This document shows, piece after piece, positions 1 to 13,128 of a stretch of 64,000 bases of DNA. A model generated the notes under the pieces. It had not been told where the DNA came from. It did no database searches and saw nothing but the letters and a program-made list of their open reading frames with translations. Position numbers and translations under genes: made by a program. The stretch comes from Chrysomallon squamiferum (Eukaryota > Animalia > Mollusca), in NCBI GenBank assembly GCA_012295275.1, contig CM022667.1, positions 22,258,001 through 22,322,000 of the forward strand. Reading direction: 5' to 3'. The stretch's first letter is position 1; every line of letters starts with the position of its first letter.

Positions 1-129
1 GAAATAATAATGTAAAAACATTCAAATGCGGACAACTACATTACCACTAATACCAGTCAATGAGTCATGTAGAAGGGAAACAATACTTCAATGTTTTGAC
101 ATCCTGATGCAATGTTTTGTTTGCTTGTT

Positions 130-130
<1 letters not shown>

Positions 131-191
<61 letters not shown>
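131..191. repeat. (AAT)n microsatellite
   Basis: About 20 perfect units; source of the poly-I/poly-L ORFs. Confidence 0.97.
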
Positions 192-192
<1 letters not shown>

Positions 193-216
193 TAAACTTG
201 TAGCAGAATAACACAG

Positions 217-833
217 TAGAAAGATAATTGTTCACCTGACAATATCTGACCATACAGTTGCTCACCAATAAAATGAGAACTAGGACACTAATTGTATTTT
301 AGGTTATGGTATGTGTATGTAATTTAGTTGGGTGAGAATGGGAATCTTTGATAACAAAATAAATAAATAAGATTAAATTAATTCTAAATCATATATTTTC
401 CAAATCTTTTTGGAGTGTTAAGTGTTGCAGAGTAGTTAAAACTAATTACAAAAACACCCACATAATTCTAAAAGTTTGATCTCCTTTAACCAACAATAAT
501 GTTTGAGTATTCTAAAAGTATAATGTAATTAGTAATTAACACCTATATCTGAAACATGGTATATGTCTTTGATGTTCATAAATCATTGTCAGAAGTAACT
601 GCCTCCTTATATAAACAATTGCAGGAACCTCATGAATTGAACTGCATAATTAACACAACTTTGAAATTGTGTCTTTAGAAATATTTTAATGGGTTTTTTT
701 ATCAACAAAACATTATTGATTTTTTATTAATAAAATAATACTATAATTTTGTTAATAAAAAGCCTAAAGGTAAGCAAGGGTCCTATTTCTCACTGTCCAA
801 TGAGGTATTGTTCAGTGAGCAATTACCCTACAT
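217..833. mobile_element. Highly decayed MITE-like element with imperfect inverted ends
   Basis: GATAATTGTTCACCTGACAATATCT...TGAGAACTAGGAC (~223-285) resembles the reverse complement of ~780-833 (GGTAATTGCTCACTGAACAATACCT...TGAGAAATAGGAC). No TSD resolved. Confidence 0.4.
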
Positions 834-1587
834 TCAGAAAAATATTCAGCAAAAAAAATCTTCTAACATCAGTAAAATCTCTACTGACAAGGCATATATC
901 TAAACAACAAGATTTCCTCCAAAATATTTATTTCGTTATTTTTATTTATTTATTTAATGTTTAAATTTTACATTCTGGATAAATAATCCTGATTATGGAT
1001 GTTTTACCTTATTCTTAAGAATCATTATTTGTCTTATTGTTACATACAAAATAACCAATTTGGAAATCCTGATTTCATTAAATATTTCTATAAAAATAAT
1101 GTTATTTTTCTTCAAAGTAAAACATATTAAAAGATATGCATAAATTGTTTTATATTTGTGCATGTGCTAAAAATAAAAACTATTTCAAAATATTTAAATA
1201 CATAAATATAAATTAATATAAACCAGCATTATACAACAGGTCATAAAATGTATGTGGTGTTTTTTGTCTTCTTTAATTATGATTTATTATTTGCTAAAAT
1301 ACTGTTATTACTTACGTATGGTTTTCATTTATTAATAACCTAAATAAAAAACTAAATAATAATATTTAAAGCATATTCACAAAGATAAATACACTGACTT
1401 TATTTATAATAAATGAGTCTTATAATGTGAGAAACAAAAAAATCTATGCTTCTAATTTTTCTAACTGAAGAAAAATAAAATTATTTATTAAAGTTACATT
1501 CATTTTGGTACAATTTCCATAAAATAATTGTGTGTGTATGTGTGTGTTTGTGTTTGTGTGCATACATGCAAGTAGATATATATATAG

Positions 1588-1619
<32 letters not shown>

Positions 1620-1776
1620 CTATATATGTAAATATGTGTATATGTATACAGGTAGGTTGATAGGTAGGTATAGTCAAAAATACTGATGGATTACATAAAA
1701 GGCACAATGTTACTGTCTTCTACTTTTTTCTTTTGTTTTTGCACAATATCAGTTAATGCATGGTTTTCAAACACAT

Positions 1777-2034
1777 TTAGCCTATCGCCTCATATGGCCA
1801 ATTCAGTTGTTTTACTAGACCTCCTTTTGGTTTTGCATATCTGCCATATTTGTCCAGGGCTAATTGTTTCTGGGATGATCGCCAGCCAATCAGCTGAGCT
1901 GTTGTACATGGGTAAGGTCTGGGAGAAGGTAAGACAGTGATGTATTCTTCAATGGGAGTCACAGGACGAATTCGAATAATTGGTGATAGTTTCCTTTTAG
2001 GTTTCTCTGTTTCAGAAATTTCATCTTTTACTAA
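1777..2034 (-). CDS. CIMIP1: C20orf85/CIMIP1 homolog, last coding exon (LVKDEISE...RIRPVTPIEEYITVLPSPRPYPCTTAQLIGWRS...LNWPYEAIG*)
   Basis: TTGCAG acceptor in phase 0, 85 codons + TAA. RIRPVTP, PxTTxxxIGWRS and terminal LxWP motifs. The spliced product is 137 aa with no stops. Confidence 0.95.
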   Translation of the reverse strand, partial: LVKDEISETEKPKRKLSPIIRIRPVTPIEEYITVLPSPRPYPCTTAQLIGWRSSQKQLALDKYGRYAKPKGGLVKQLNWPYEAIG

Positions 2035-2280
2035 CTGCAACAGTCAAAATAAATTAGTGTATATATTAAGAGCAGAATTAGTAACAACAATAACAAGGAG
2101 AAAACACAAAAATTCAACAACATAATAATGCTAGTTGTAGTACAATGATAATAAATATATGACTAAGTTTCTAACTTAAAATATGAATGCAAGCATTCGT
2201 ACAGTATTAAATAACAAAATATTATTCATTATTTCTGAACATATTTTATGTTATGTTTGTTATATATAACTATGTATACA

Positions 2281-2409
<129 letters not shown>

Positions 2410-3036
2410 GCATGGAATCCAACATTTTATACATCCTCAGGACATCACAAATCTTATTCTGCCAACAAACTGCATGTGTTAGGATATGGACATAAAACCC
2501 CAAGGATAAAAGACACCCATTGCAATAATGCACAGATAGACAATCACCACTCAGTAAAAATACAAGGTTGGACAAATACCAAAGTGAAAAAAACAACAAC
2601 AAAAAAGCCTCCCCCATCACTTCAATTGGCAAACATGTTTTCTGGCCATTTATTTGATTAACAAGTACAGTTAAGCGTATCTATATTCATTTGTATTTTT
2701 CTTGATTATAATGATTGATCTTTTGCTAAACCATATTCATATACAAATTACTAATATAATTTTTTGCTTTAGACTTCTGTATGAAGATGATAAATTATAC
2801 TGAAGAGGAAATGAAAAAATTCTAAGTTCTCCATCTATGTTGGTGAAACATGTGAAAGATATTCTTGCTCTCTGCAAGGTCTGCAATATTTTATGTCAAA
2901 TAATAACACTGATGATAAACTAAGTGGCAATAAATGAACTATAACATAACGTTATCTCCAGGTCTGAAAAACATTATTTCTCCAGAGAAACTAAATAAAC
3001 TTTCATATTAAGTTTTTTGTTTCTTTGTTTGTTTGT

Positions 3037-3079
<43 letters not shown>

Positions 3080-3619
3080 TTTCATTGTTATTTGTCTGAG
3101 ATGTTCTCCATCAGAAGATACTTGGGCTAGTTTGATTAAAATTGATCAAAGGGTAACAAACTTACCCTATGATTGTATGCTTTTCACAGCAATAATTCAA
3201 ATGGGGTCTGGAAAGTATGATAAATTTTTACATTAAAGAATAATCAACAAAGTTAAAATTAGAAGAATGTTCTGTCTGTTAGTTTTAAACTTTCTTGCAT
3301 CCAAGGAATTCCAGTGATGCCTGTCATAGATGGATGATAGTACTGTAAATCAGCACATCTGCTAATATGCTTGTTAAAAGAAAAGAAAATATTTTGCAGA
3401 CATCATGCTTTTCCCTTATTAATTCTGGAAGAGCCTGAATGATCACAGAATTAAATAATTATGTAGTGTCCTGTTATATAACAACTATACAACAAACTAT
3501 TGTCACTGGCACAAATACTGACACTGCCAGAATGTTCTGTAAAAGAATGTACATGAAGAAGGGAATAATCCTATGAATATATTGTAGGTTAAAACTTATT
3601 ATATCTACTTACTACTTAC

Positions 3620-3701
3620 TTCTTTGTAATCTGTGGCTAAGAAATTCCAGTTGTTAGGCCACTGTTTAGCAGACGTTTCTTCCAATACTATGTGATCTTT
3701 C
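3620..3701 (-). CDS. CIMIP1: C20orf85/CIMIP1 homolog, coding exon 2 (KDHIVLEETSAKQWPNNWNFLATDYKE)
   Basis: Polypyrimidine tract + TCAG acceptor, 82 nt (phase 2 to 0), GTAAGT donor. Completes the Trp codon from exon 1; WPxNWxFL motif of the family. Confidence 0.93.
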
Positions 3702-4592
3702 CTGATAACAAAAAAAAACAAAAAAAAATCTGATTTAAAAATTTAAATATAGTATTTAATGAACAGTATTAAAGATAATTTAAATGGATTCATTATGGAT
3801 TCATTATATTGCAAACCTGTGTTCACAAACAGAAGTAATTAAATATTAATTAAAATAAATTATGCTTGTGCATTAACTTGATCTTCATTATAAGAACTCT
3901 GAATAAAAATTACTATATATTTGTCTGCCTGCCCATATTTTTTTGATTCCACCCATCCATCCATGCATGCATTCATTTATCCCTCTCTCTTTCTCTACCT
4001 ACATCTGTATCTATCTGTCTGTCTATCTATCTATATAAATATTTATTCATTTCTATTGACTAGATTGGGTTTTTGATCCATTCTTCCCCTGCTATTTATA
4101 AAAGTACGCAGAATTAGTATATATTATATTTTAGTTTAGCTTGCTATATGGAAAAACATATTTTCAGCAAATATTTATTTTCACAAATAGAGAATGAAAA
4201 GAAATTTACTATATTAGTGCATTTAAAATCCCTATTTATACTTTATAATTTCTGTTGATCTTAACACCTATACAAGCAAAGTGATAAAATATATAAAAAT
4301 TTATATATCTATTTATCTTTAATAAATGTGACAGAATATAAAGTAAAAGGCAGATTTTAATTACATATTGTTTCTACAAATATGAACTTATTTACTTTTC
4401 AGCTGACTTATCTGACTTAATGGTTAAATGTATTAAAAGAGATATACATACATTTAAACCATTGAGTATTAAAAGGTTTCATTTAAAATACAATCATATA
4501 TACTTTTTCTTTGCATCTTTAAATATTTAAAAAAAAAAGAAAAAAAAAGTGCCCACTTTATGTATAAATATGTATGGGCTATACATCTCTGT

Positions 4593-5477
4593 CAGTGGTT
4601 CTCGGGGCTCACTTGAAGCCTTACAAAAAATTATCAGCACACTACACACAAAAATGTTAAGAAATATAATGTGAAATGTAAAAAAATACAGAAATAACTA
4701 AAAGAAGGTACCTTTATTCATCATCTATTTTGTGCTGATGAGAAGTATGACCCTGACGCGTCTTGGCAATTTCTTCAATATTGGGGCACATGTATGATAA
4801 GCAAACTTTCATTTCCTCATTATAGACAAGATTTGTTCTTTTTTTTTGCACTTCATGTTGGTGTGAGCAGAAAATCCTAATTCACATAAATATGATTTTG
4901 AAAATTGCAGTAAAATGGCTAAAGATTTTTTGGATATTGACTGTTATTCTTCTCTGATTGAAATCCAAAATGTTTCAAGACTAGATTCCTTATATTTAAT
5001 CTTCAGTCCACCATTGGTGGATACAGCTGCTAGTTCCTCTTCTTCATCTGAAATTTCTATGAATGGATTTCGAATCCACGCATATTGTTCAGTGTTAAGT
5101 GATGGAAAATAATAATTTAATTTATCATCCACATTTGCCAAATGTTCAAGTATTAAGGGGAAGATATCATTTAGGCAAGTTTTACCTGTCAAAGGAAACA
5201 TTTCCAAATTACCTTCAGAAGCTCTTCTCTTCCAGGTAAGTAGTTTTTCTGAAATACTTTCATTTTATCAATATATGTCAAAATATTTTCTTCACTTCCT
5301 TGCATGCTAGTATTCAAAATACTGAGGGGCTGAAATATATCGGCCAAATATGCTAATCTGCTAATCCAAAATTCACATCGAAGGAGCTCACAAGTGGTTT
5401 TGTCATCACAAATATATACCTAGATCCTAGAATGGCACCTAAGCAGTGCACCTGGGCACATCCTTTGAGAACCACTG
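4593..5477 (-). mobile_element. Internally deleted hAT transposon (Charlie/Buster, ZBED5/FAM200-like) in CIMIP1 intron 1
   Basis: TIRs CAGTGGTTCTC / GAGAACCACTG; 8-bp TSD ATCTCTGT / ATCTATGT. Minus-strand transposase C-terminal remnant with WIRNPF, LETFW, LLQFSKSYLCELGFS and terminal GHTSH, interrupted by stops and frameshifts. Confidence 0.93.
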
Positions 5478-5509
5478 ATCTATGTAAATATGTATGTATG
5501 TATCATAAG

Positions 5510-5919
5510 CAGTTCCGGATTTACTTTGCTAGTCATCCATAGGCCATAGAAATTTTACTGCCCCTTCTTCAAGCTCACTTCACCCTTCCCACTTTGTTTA
5601 TTATATAATATGAAAAATATGATTTTTTATAACATATGGAAAAGCACACACCTCAAAACAAATCAGTATTTTTACAGAGTTTCTGTCCAATAGGTATTTA
5701 TTCTTAGTCATAATAATTTAATTTAATTAGATCAAAAGAGCCCAATTTTAACAAAGCACACAACTCAATAACTTCACAATCGCCTAAAAAAGCGCCCAGT
5801 TGTGTGTGAAAGGCACACTTGGCAACACTGTCCAGGAACAATTTTCACAAACTGCTGCCCCTATCATCCTGCAGCCCTAGGCTCTAGCCTAGAAAGCCTA
5901 TATGGGAAATCTGGCCCTG
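5510..5919. mobile_element. hAT-family non-autonomous MITE
   Basis: Imperfect TIRs CAGTTCCGGATTT / AAATCTGGCCCTG flanked by a perfect 8-bp TSD ATCATAAG; 410 bp, no coding capacity. Confidence 0.88.
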
Positions 5920-6266
5920 ATCATAAGCAGAAAATAAATATTTAATTTTCTTTATTTTTGTCAGTTTTATACCTCTCTCTCTTTCTCTGAAGTTTATGCT
6001 AGTAATAATAATGATTATTATATTAATGTAAAATGAATAATTAAATTGTATTTTATTTTTTTATCTTTTTTTTTTAAATTATATATATATGAATATAATG
6101 AGTCTAAATTTTTGAATTATGGTTCTCATTTATTTCCAATACAGGCATAGCCAAAAGTCAAGTAATGAAGCATTTAAGAAATAAAATATAGATAAATAAT
6201 AATAATAATAAAGTTCATTCAGTTTAATATTCCATCGAACAAGAATTTATCACGGCTGACAAAATA

Positions 6267-6332
6267 GGCAGGGATGTGGCTCAATGGTTAGAGCTGTGAT
6301 GATCATAGAATCATTCTTAGTGAGTGCACCCA
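6267..6332 (+). mobile_element. Decayed tRNA-derived SINE head
   Basis: GGGATGTGGCTCAATGGTTAGAGC contains a Pol III A-box and resembles a tRNA 5' half; no intact B-box or cloverleaf follows. Confidence 0.45.
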
Positions 6333-6974
6333 AATTTGTTTGTAGAAAAGATCATTTGCTTTCAAAGAAGTCAGGTGGTTGGCAGAACTAATAATATCTT
6401 TCATTACTAATAATATAGCTATAACTGTAACTACTTAATCATAACTTTAATTAATTAGCCATATATTCATATAAACCTCATTTTATTAAATAAATAAGCG
6501 ACTATAATATAGTAATATTAAGAATGTTTGATTCAATACTTATTTGGTAGAACAGTTGGTGTTTCATGGAACTAGGAATCAGTGATTAATGAGCATTTTA
6601 AAAATTACATTCACAGCTCTGTATTAAAATCAACAGACAACAATAATATTCTAGTTAACAAGACCTAACATATATTTTAATTAGTTTTTGTTTGCTAATA
6701 TCTAGTGTTGTATGAACAAGTGTGCAGATCAACAGCCTGTTGTTAGGCAGTGAAATACTGCAAAGTGAGACTGCCTGTCAATCTACCAATTAACTTTCAA
6801 GAAATCACAGGTACAGTATAAAATCTAACCTAAACATTTCCTGCTAAAACATTTACAGAGATTTATGAAGTTCTTGTTGTTTTGTTTTGGTTTTGTTGTT
6901 TTTTGGTATCATAATGAACCGTAGCAGAATTTAAAAAACATATAATAATAAATTAACGACAATAATAAACTCAC

Positions 6975-7048
6975 CAAATTTGATCTTGTGCTACAAAATT
7001 ACAATCCGATACAACTTTGCTGACCGATTTGGCTGCAGCCTGTGCCAT
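6975..7048 (-). CDS. CIMIP1: C20orf85/CIMIP1 (LLC1 family) homolog, coding exon 1 (MAQAAAKSVSKVVSDCNFVAQDQI-W)
   Basis: ATG at 7048; 74 nt ending in phase 2 at a GTGAGT donor (6974). NFVAQDQIW resembles the N-terminal NLVGQDEIW motif of human C20orf85 as recalled. Confidence 0.92.
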
Positions 7049-7151
7049 TTGATTTATACAACAAGCTGAAAACGACTGAAAACGGAATTATTTTCTAAAT
7101 CTATTAGTAAATCAGGGGACCATATGTGTGCTTCGACTGTGATCGTAGATT

Positions 7152-7216
7152 AGCTCGTGACACCATGGAGACGAGCTGCTACCCCAAATGAGGTAAACAA
7201 GGTCGCCCGTCAACGG
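7152..7216 (-). promoter_or_regulatory. Motile-cilia type promoter module of the CIMIP1 gene (RFX X-boxes, forkhead site, MYB-like site)
   Basis: X-box-like GACACCATGGAGAC (7159-7172), GTAAACAA (7193-7200) and GTCGCCCGTCAAC (7202-7214) overlapping CAACGG, 110-170 nt upstream of the ATG in a CpG-retaining patch. Confidence 0.65.
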
Positions 7217-7469
7217 GTATTTTTCTCTCTTAGCGAAACAGTATTGAGTTTATCAATAATAAACTTTATAAAGTTATTGAAATGTGTAAAATTGTTCAGC
7301 TGTAGGTTATAAAAAGAAAATGTAGCAATTTTACGGTTTCCGCCAATACGGTCACGAAATGTACCTCATTGAAGATGTATTAAAGAACTGAACTGACTGT
7401 ACTGTATCTAAAGGGTATAAACGTATAATTTACGCACTGACTGACTGAACACACACCGTTAATAAATTA

Positions 7470-10244
7470 CAGTGGCGTACCGTGGGTTCTGAACGCCCAG
7501 GGCAATTTAAACTAATGCACCTCCTCCTAAACCGTAAGCTGTTATGAATTCTAGTTTCCAGAAGTACCGTACGTATTTTCTCAAGCTAATTACACATGCA
7601 TTAAATTTACTTATCTATCTATTTATTTATAACATAAACTTAACTCTTCGCAGCCATCAAAATTTATATCAAAATTATAATAGAAAAGCAATGTTGCAAG
7701 GTTACTTAATCTTTCCTGACTCATCTTTGACAGCTGATATCTTTATTAACTTTAATTTTGAGAAACTCCTTTTGCAGCAGGCATTGGAAACAGTGCCACA
7801 ACAATGTTGGTTAAACTGTCTGCCAGCTTCCACATAATTATCCAGCAAAGTAAATCTAACGCTGTCCATGTAGAAAATGCTTGTATGAACTTCTTTAAAT
7901 AAAACAATGTGGCGTCTACGATGATGTACTTCAGTAGTCATAGCAGGGCGCAATACTGCGAGTGAAATTCTGTTATGGCGATTTAAATTTCCAAAACATT
8001 AACCTTTTGATGACTAGATTATTTTTTTAAGAATGAAATTGTCAGGAGACATATAATTATATTGACGACTGAAACTGTAAACATATACTTCGTGAATTAA
8101 CTCATAGCCGAAGTCGGCCGAAATATTCCGATATCACATTCGGAGCTCTTCGGTCGACTTGACAAACGAGTTGTTCCGAATGCTTTATTAACCACAATCG
8201 GAAAACCTCGGACAAACCAGGTTTTGCCGGTCGTAAATGAGCTTTCGCATCTTCGTAACCAGTTTATTTGCTCTGAAGTTGAACTAAATTTTACATGGCG
8301 GGAATATTTTAAATAAATAAAAAGCGCTCAAGAATTTTGTTGGTAACAGTGGCATACTTTCAAGAAAAATATAAATAAAATACATTCTAGTTTCGGCAAA
8401 TGTAGCCGTCCTTATACCCAGTTAAAAATCGTGTTTACAAAGGTACATAAAATAAACAACACAAGTTGTGTTTAATTTTTTTTTATATATTAATACGTTT
8501 ACTTCATATGTTGCCTCGCGCGTAACAGTCTCAGGTTGGCGAGTAAATATAAAACGCTGCTTTGAGTCCTGTGTGGCATTTAATTCAGAATATAACCCAC
8601 AAATGCTGAACGTCTCGAACAATGAAGTTATCTTTCTCTGCATCTAGCAATGTTTGAATTTGCGGAAAAGCAAATTACGCATGAAGTGTATTCATTTTTT
8701 TTTATATCTATTTTTATTTGTGCAGGTGGCTTAACTATTGCCTCAAGTAGCTGCGGGGTGTTTCCTGGATTAAAGTCACAATCACTACTTTGTTCATCTG
8801 ATATCATCTTTCTGTAGAAATGTCATATGATTTACATCTCTGCATAGCTCCCTCAGCGAACTCTATGACGAGAGAATCCAACGTTTTCTTCACAAAACAG
8901 TAAATGATTTTAACTTATGAACACACTGATGAAGTGCAACTCCTCGTTGTTGCAGGTACATCTGAGCATCATTCACGTCAGTAAGCACTGGGCTCCAGAA
9001 CAAAAATATAATGAAAGGATAGAACAAATGCAAACCAAGAAGCTTTCTGCATCACCTTTGGATTCTCAGTTTCTTCTAATCCATCTCTCAACGTTCCCAA
9101 AGATTTTATCATTTCTTCATTGCACTATAAACACTGCTTTGGGGTTTATTTCCAGAATATGCTTCTCTGTGTCCAGACACATTTGTTGTATCAAACATGG
9201 TAGCAAAATACTTGACCTTTAAAATTCTTTGAAAGATAAGAAATAGAACAGCTATTGGTTTGCCCAACTTTGTGAAGATGTTGCCTAGCAACTGGTTTAT
9301 ATCTGGCAGGTAACTTTCCACAGTTATCATTTGCACTCAGACTTCTCAATGACCACGCAAAGGTAAGACTTGTCTGGCTAAACACAGCACATAATCAAGA
9401 ATTCTTGTTAATACAGGCTTCCATTTCTCAAATTAGTTCTGTTGTTCTATCTGAATAGTAGCATTGATTGTCTCTTATTTTTGTATCGGATTTCAAAATC
9501 TTTCCACTTTTCAAATGCTTCAACGTAATGAGAACTTTTTCATGATCTAATAATCTAAAGTTTAGCGTTTCCCGTGTTTTATCTACATTTTTCTGGCTAG
9601 TAACTAATATCAATGAAAACTTTCTGAAAGAGCACGTGACTGATCAGTTTACAGTCACTGGAGCAGATTCTAGTGTACTTTCAATACTGCTGCAATTAGC
9701 AGTGTTTACAATAAAACTGTCAAGACTTCCAGATAGCATAGCTTTTGTTCAGTTTTTCGCCGTTTCCTACCATCAGCATCAGATTTTTTTCTTTCAGACA
9801 TCACGGCTAAGGTGCATTCTGACAATCTGAAAAAATGCAACACATTTCTAATAAATAAATAATTTATCATAGTATATTGTTAATAATGACATTTTTGGGG
9901 TGAATTATAGAAAGAATTTAGAGTATTCAGAATTTTAAAGAAAAGTTTTCAAACTGATATCGAGCTGAGCGGTCAGATTTTCTTTAAAAAAGAGATTCTA
10001 AATATATGTGCCTGTAGATATAACATTGCTAATTAGCACGATAAAGTTTGATGTTAGTTATGAGATTAATTTACACACCATTTTATGTTGATACTTATAT
10101 ATGTCTATTAAATAGACAAGAGTTGCACGTAAAAAAAGCAAATTTGCTTTCTTCCCTCGTTCGGTCACGTAACAAAAAAAAAATAATAATAATAATGCTT
10201 TAACAAAATGTATCCCTCTGGCCCCGCCCCACGCTATGTTACTG
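7470..10244 (-). mobile_element. Decayed hAT transposon (Tip100/ZMYM1-like, DUF4371-type transposase remnants)
   Basis: Ends CAGTGGCGTACCGTGGG / CCCACGCTATGTTACTG (degenerate TIR); flanks ATAAATTA / ATGTATTA (degenerate 8-bp TSD). Minus-strand remnants LARQVLPLRGH (~9350-9385), KYFATMFDTTNVSGHRE (~9160-9215) and the dimerisation motif VSNACCKRSFSKLKLIK (~7740-7795) lie in the expected order. Confidence 0.8.
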
Positions 10245-11638
10245 ATGTATTATTACTTTATATTACTTAAACTCTGCACGTTGTAAAAATGAAACGAATC
10301 AAAATGCCCTTGTTGAGATAGATACAAAACGAACACCAGCTGTAAATTCGTCGGCCGACTTCGTCTGTACAGATTTTAATGACGTCAAGTATTATTTGTT
10401 TACTTAGAAACGAAAATGATTATTGAAATTTCGTCGCAGTAATTGAGAGTTATTAAAACTGATTTGTTTCTGCTACTACAGACATGGATGTATTGCATTG
10501 TAAGTCTAGTTTCTAAATTATCTGTTAATAATGATTACTAGAAATATTCTGTAATATAAATAGAATTTTAGTGGATTTTTCTTTCGTTTATTACCGTAAT
10601 TTTTATTAAACTATTGTTCGCAAGAAAGAAACTGGTTATAAACATATTTTTTTCTGTATGAGAAATAATTGCAATTACATTTTCTAAAAATAAAGTGATC
10701 AAATAACAAATCGGTGTAGATATATGTAGGGTAATATTATCGGTTTTTCTTTATTCTTATGACACGCTTCTACCTATATGTGTCCCACGGACAGAGTTTT
10801 TCTTCCAGGTAAAAATATTTTTGTTTTTAATTATATATCTCACGCCAATAATAAAATGTTTTAATCTTGCATTTACACCACTGACTAACATTTTACATTC
10901 CATAAAAACAACCACTATGTGGTTACAGCAAATCATACAGGACATCCTTTGATAAATCAGTAATGAGGCACTGTCTGGATCGAGAAAGTACCCACGAAAC
11001 CAGTGACACTGTTTAGTATCTCAGTGTTGCATAAGACTCCGAATATAAAACTATTTCTTAAACATAGCTGACATTACCGGAACTAGGTTATTATTTTTTA
11101 TTGTACAACTGCATATGTTTTTTCTTTTCCCACGCTTCTCTTCATCATGTAACATAACTTTCGTATCATATGCTTTCTCTGTGTTTACCAAACATCCAAA
11201 CATTATCATAATGTCATTTGCAGACCGCTAACATCTGCGATCCTCATTTTTTTTCTAAACAGATGCTAACCAGAACAAAAAATGATTAAAATTAAATACT
11301 TTAACATTTCACACACACACACACACACACACGCACACACGAATGTATTATCATATACAGCAACAATGATCAAAGTATGTTTTAAGGTCAGTTTCTGATT
11401 TTAAACTTTTATTTTTTATCTTTTAATGTTTTCTGTTTTGGTTTTTTCTTTTTTGTAAAGGGATTTTGCGAATTGCTTACTATTTCACGTGTTGATTATT
11501 AGAGAGGAAATGTAAGATGACAGACCTAAGCTGTTTAATACATTAACAAGAACAATTTTCAATGAACGAAGATTTTTTTCTTCTTCCAGATAACAGTACA
11601 TCAGGAGTGCACACAAGTTATTGTTGTACAGACAACTA

Positions 11639-11639
<1 letters not shown>

Positions 11640-11703
<64 letters not shown>
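11640..11703. repeat. (CT)n microsatellite
   Basis: Directly visible. Confidence 0.97.
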
Positions 11704-11708
<5 letters not shown>

Positions 11709-12852
11709 TTCTGCAAATGAACCTTTTCTCTTTCGCTCTATTAATCTAGCACTTAAACTCACAGACAGACAAGGCAATATACGTTCAATTTTACATTTAT
11801 AATCCATAATGGACATGAAATTTTATTAGAGCCATTTGAATATTACAATTCGTCCGTTATGTATTTGAATAACTACCTCCTAGTCCTCGGTTTATGAAAA
11901 ACATAGTTATTTCCCTTGACATGTACGACATACTTTAAAAATAGTTTTTATATCTGTGTGTTATGATTTAACTTTGAAGTTAATGTATGATGATATAAAT
12001 TTCATTATTAAAAAGTAAATAAACTGGTTGGTGAAAAGTAGGCAAAGCATATGATGATTTCCAATATCTTCAAAATTAACAAACAGGTAAAAAGAAAAGG
12101 TTAAAAAATAAAATTATTTTATAATAATTTTTTTTATGACTTTTATTGCAGTTATTTCTTTTCTTTTCTTTTTTTTTTCTTTCATTATACAAGCTTTTAT
12201 TTCGTTACATGAAACACACAAATTAAGTAGCACGTACTCAAACGTATACACTCACACATAAATATACATACAGATATACCGAAACCACACACACACACAC
12301 AGCTCGATCAAAACATTATAATAATTAATTTTATGGGAGCAGCAACTTTTTTTTCATTATTTACAAAAAACTGCGTTAAGATATCATTTCGAGATAATAA
12401 TGATCAAAATATTAGAGGTTACAGTCATAACGTATACACTGACGTTATTAGTTTATAATTTTACTTATCGTAGTTCAACTACTGCTACCACTAACCATCT
12501 CTAATACAACAACAACAATAGTGACGGATGAAGAGAATGTTAAAATGAAATTTTTAATGTTAGAATTAAAATTTCATTAATTTTGTGTATCTATTATCGC
12601 GCAGTGAGCTGATACTTTCGTTGTGCATAGGGCAGGGAATAAGACTTGCAAGCATGCTGGGGCTGTGATGTCACAGACAAAAATAATTGATTTCAAGGTT
12701 ATTCAGACTTGCATCGCCATGTGTTTTTCACCTTTCCAAAATTTATCTCCATTTATTGAAACGTAACGGAATCAGTAATTAATCGATTGTCGAAGAAATA
12801 TTTAAATAATTGTTTGTATTCGATACTGATTTGAGAGTCATTTTTTGTTTTT

Positions 12853-13010
12853 TAAAAAAGAATTAACGATAGAATAACAGCATGATGTTAGCCAAGTATG
12901 TTATTTTTATCTTTTCTTTTAATTTTGTATTAAACCCACAAATATTATTTAAGCATCTTTATTTAGTTACTTATTCAGATAATATTAGCAGTTTATAATT
13001 AAGAAAATTA
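12853..13010 (+). repeat. ~155-bp dispersed direct repeat, copy 1
   Basis: Aligns by eye along its length with ~17530-17682 (shared AAGCATCTTTATTTAGTTA and TTATTCAGATAATATTAG). Confidence 0.85.
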
Positions 13011-13061
13011 GTCAAGGATATGCTTAAACTATTATGTCTTTCTAGTGTATAATAATACTTT

Positions 13062-13128
13062 TACTACTACAACTACTACTACTACTACTACCACTACTAC
13101 TACTACTAAAAATAATAATAATAATAAT
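13062..13128. repeat. Compound (TAC)n-(AAT)n microsatellite
   Basis: Directly visible. Confidence 0.92.

Noticed and set aside
6267-6340. tRNA gene
   Set aside because: Only an A-box-like 5' part; no T-arm/B-box or acceptor stem pairing.
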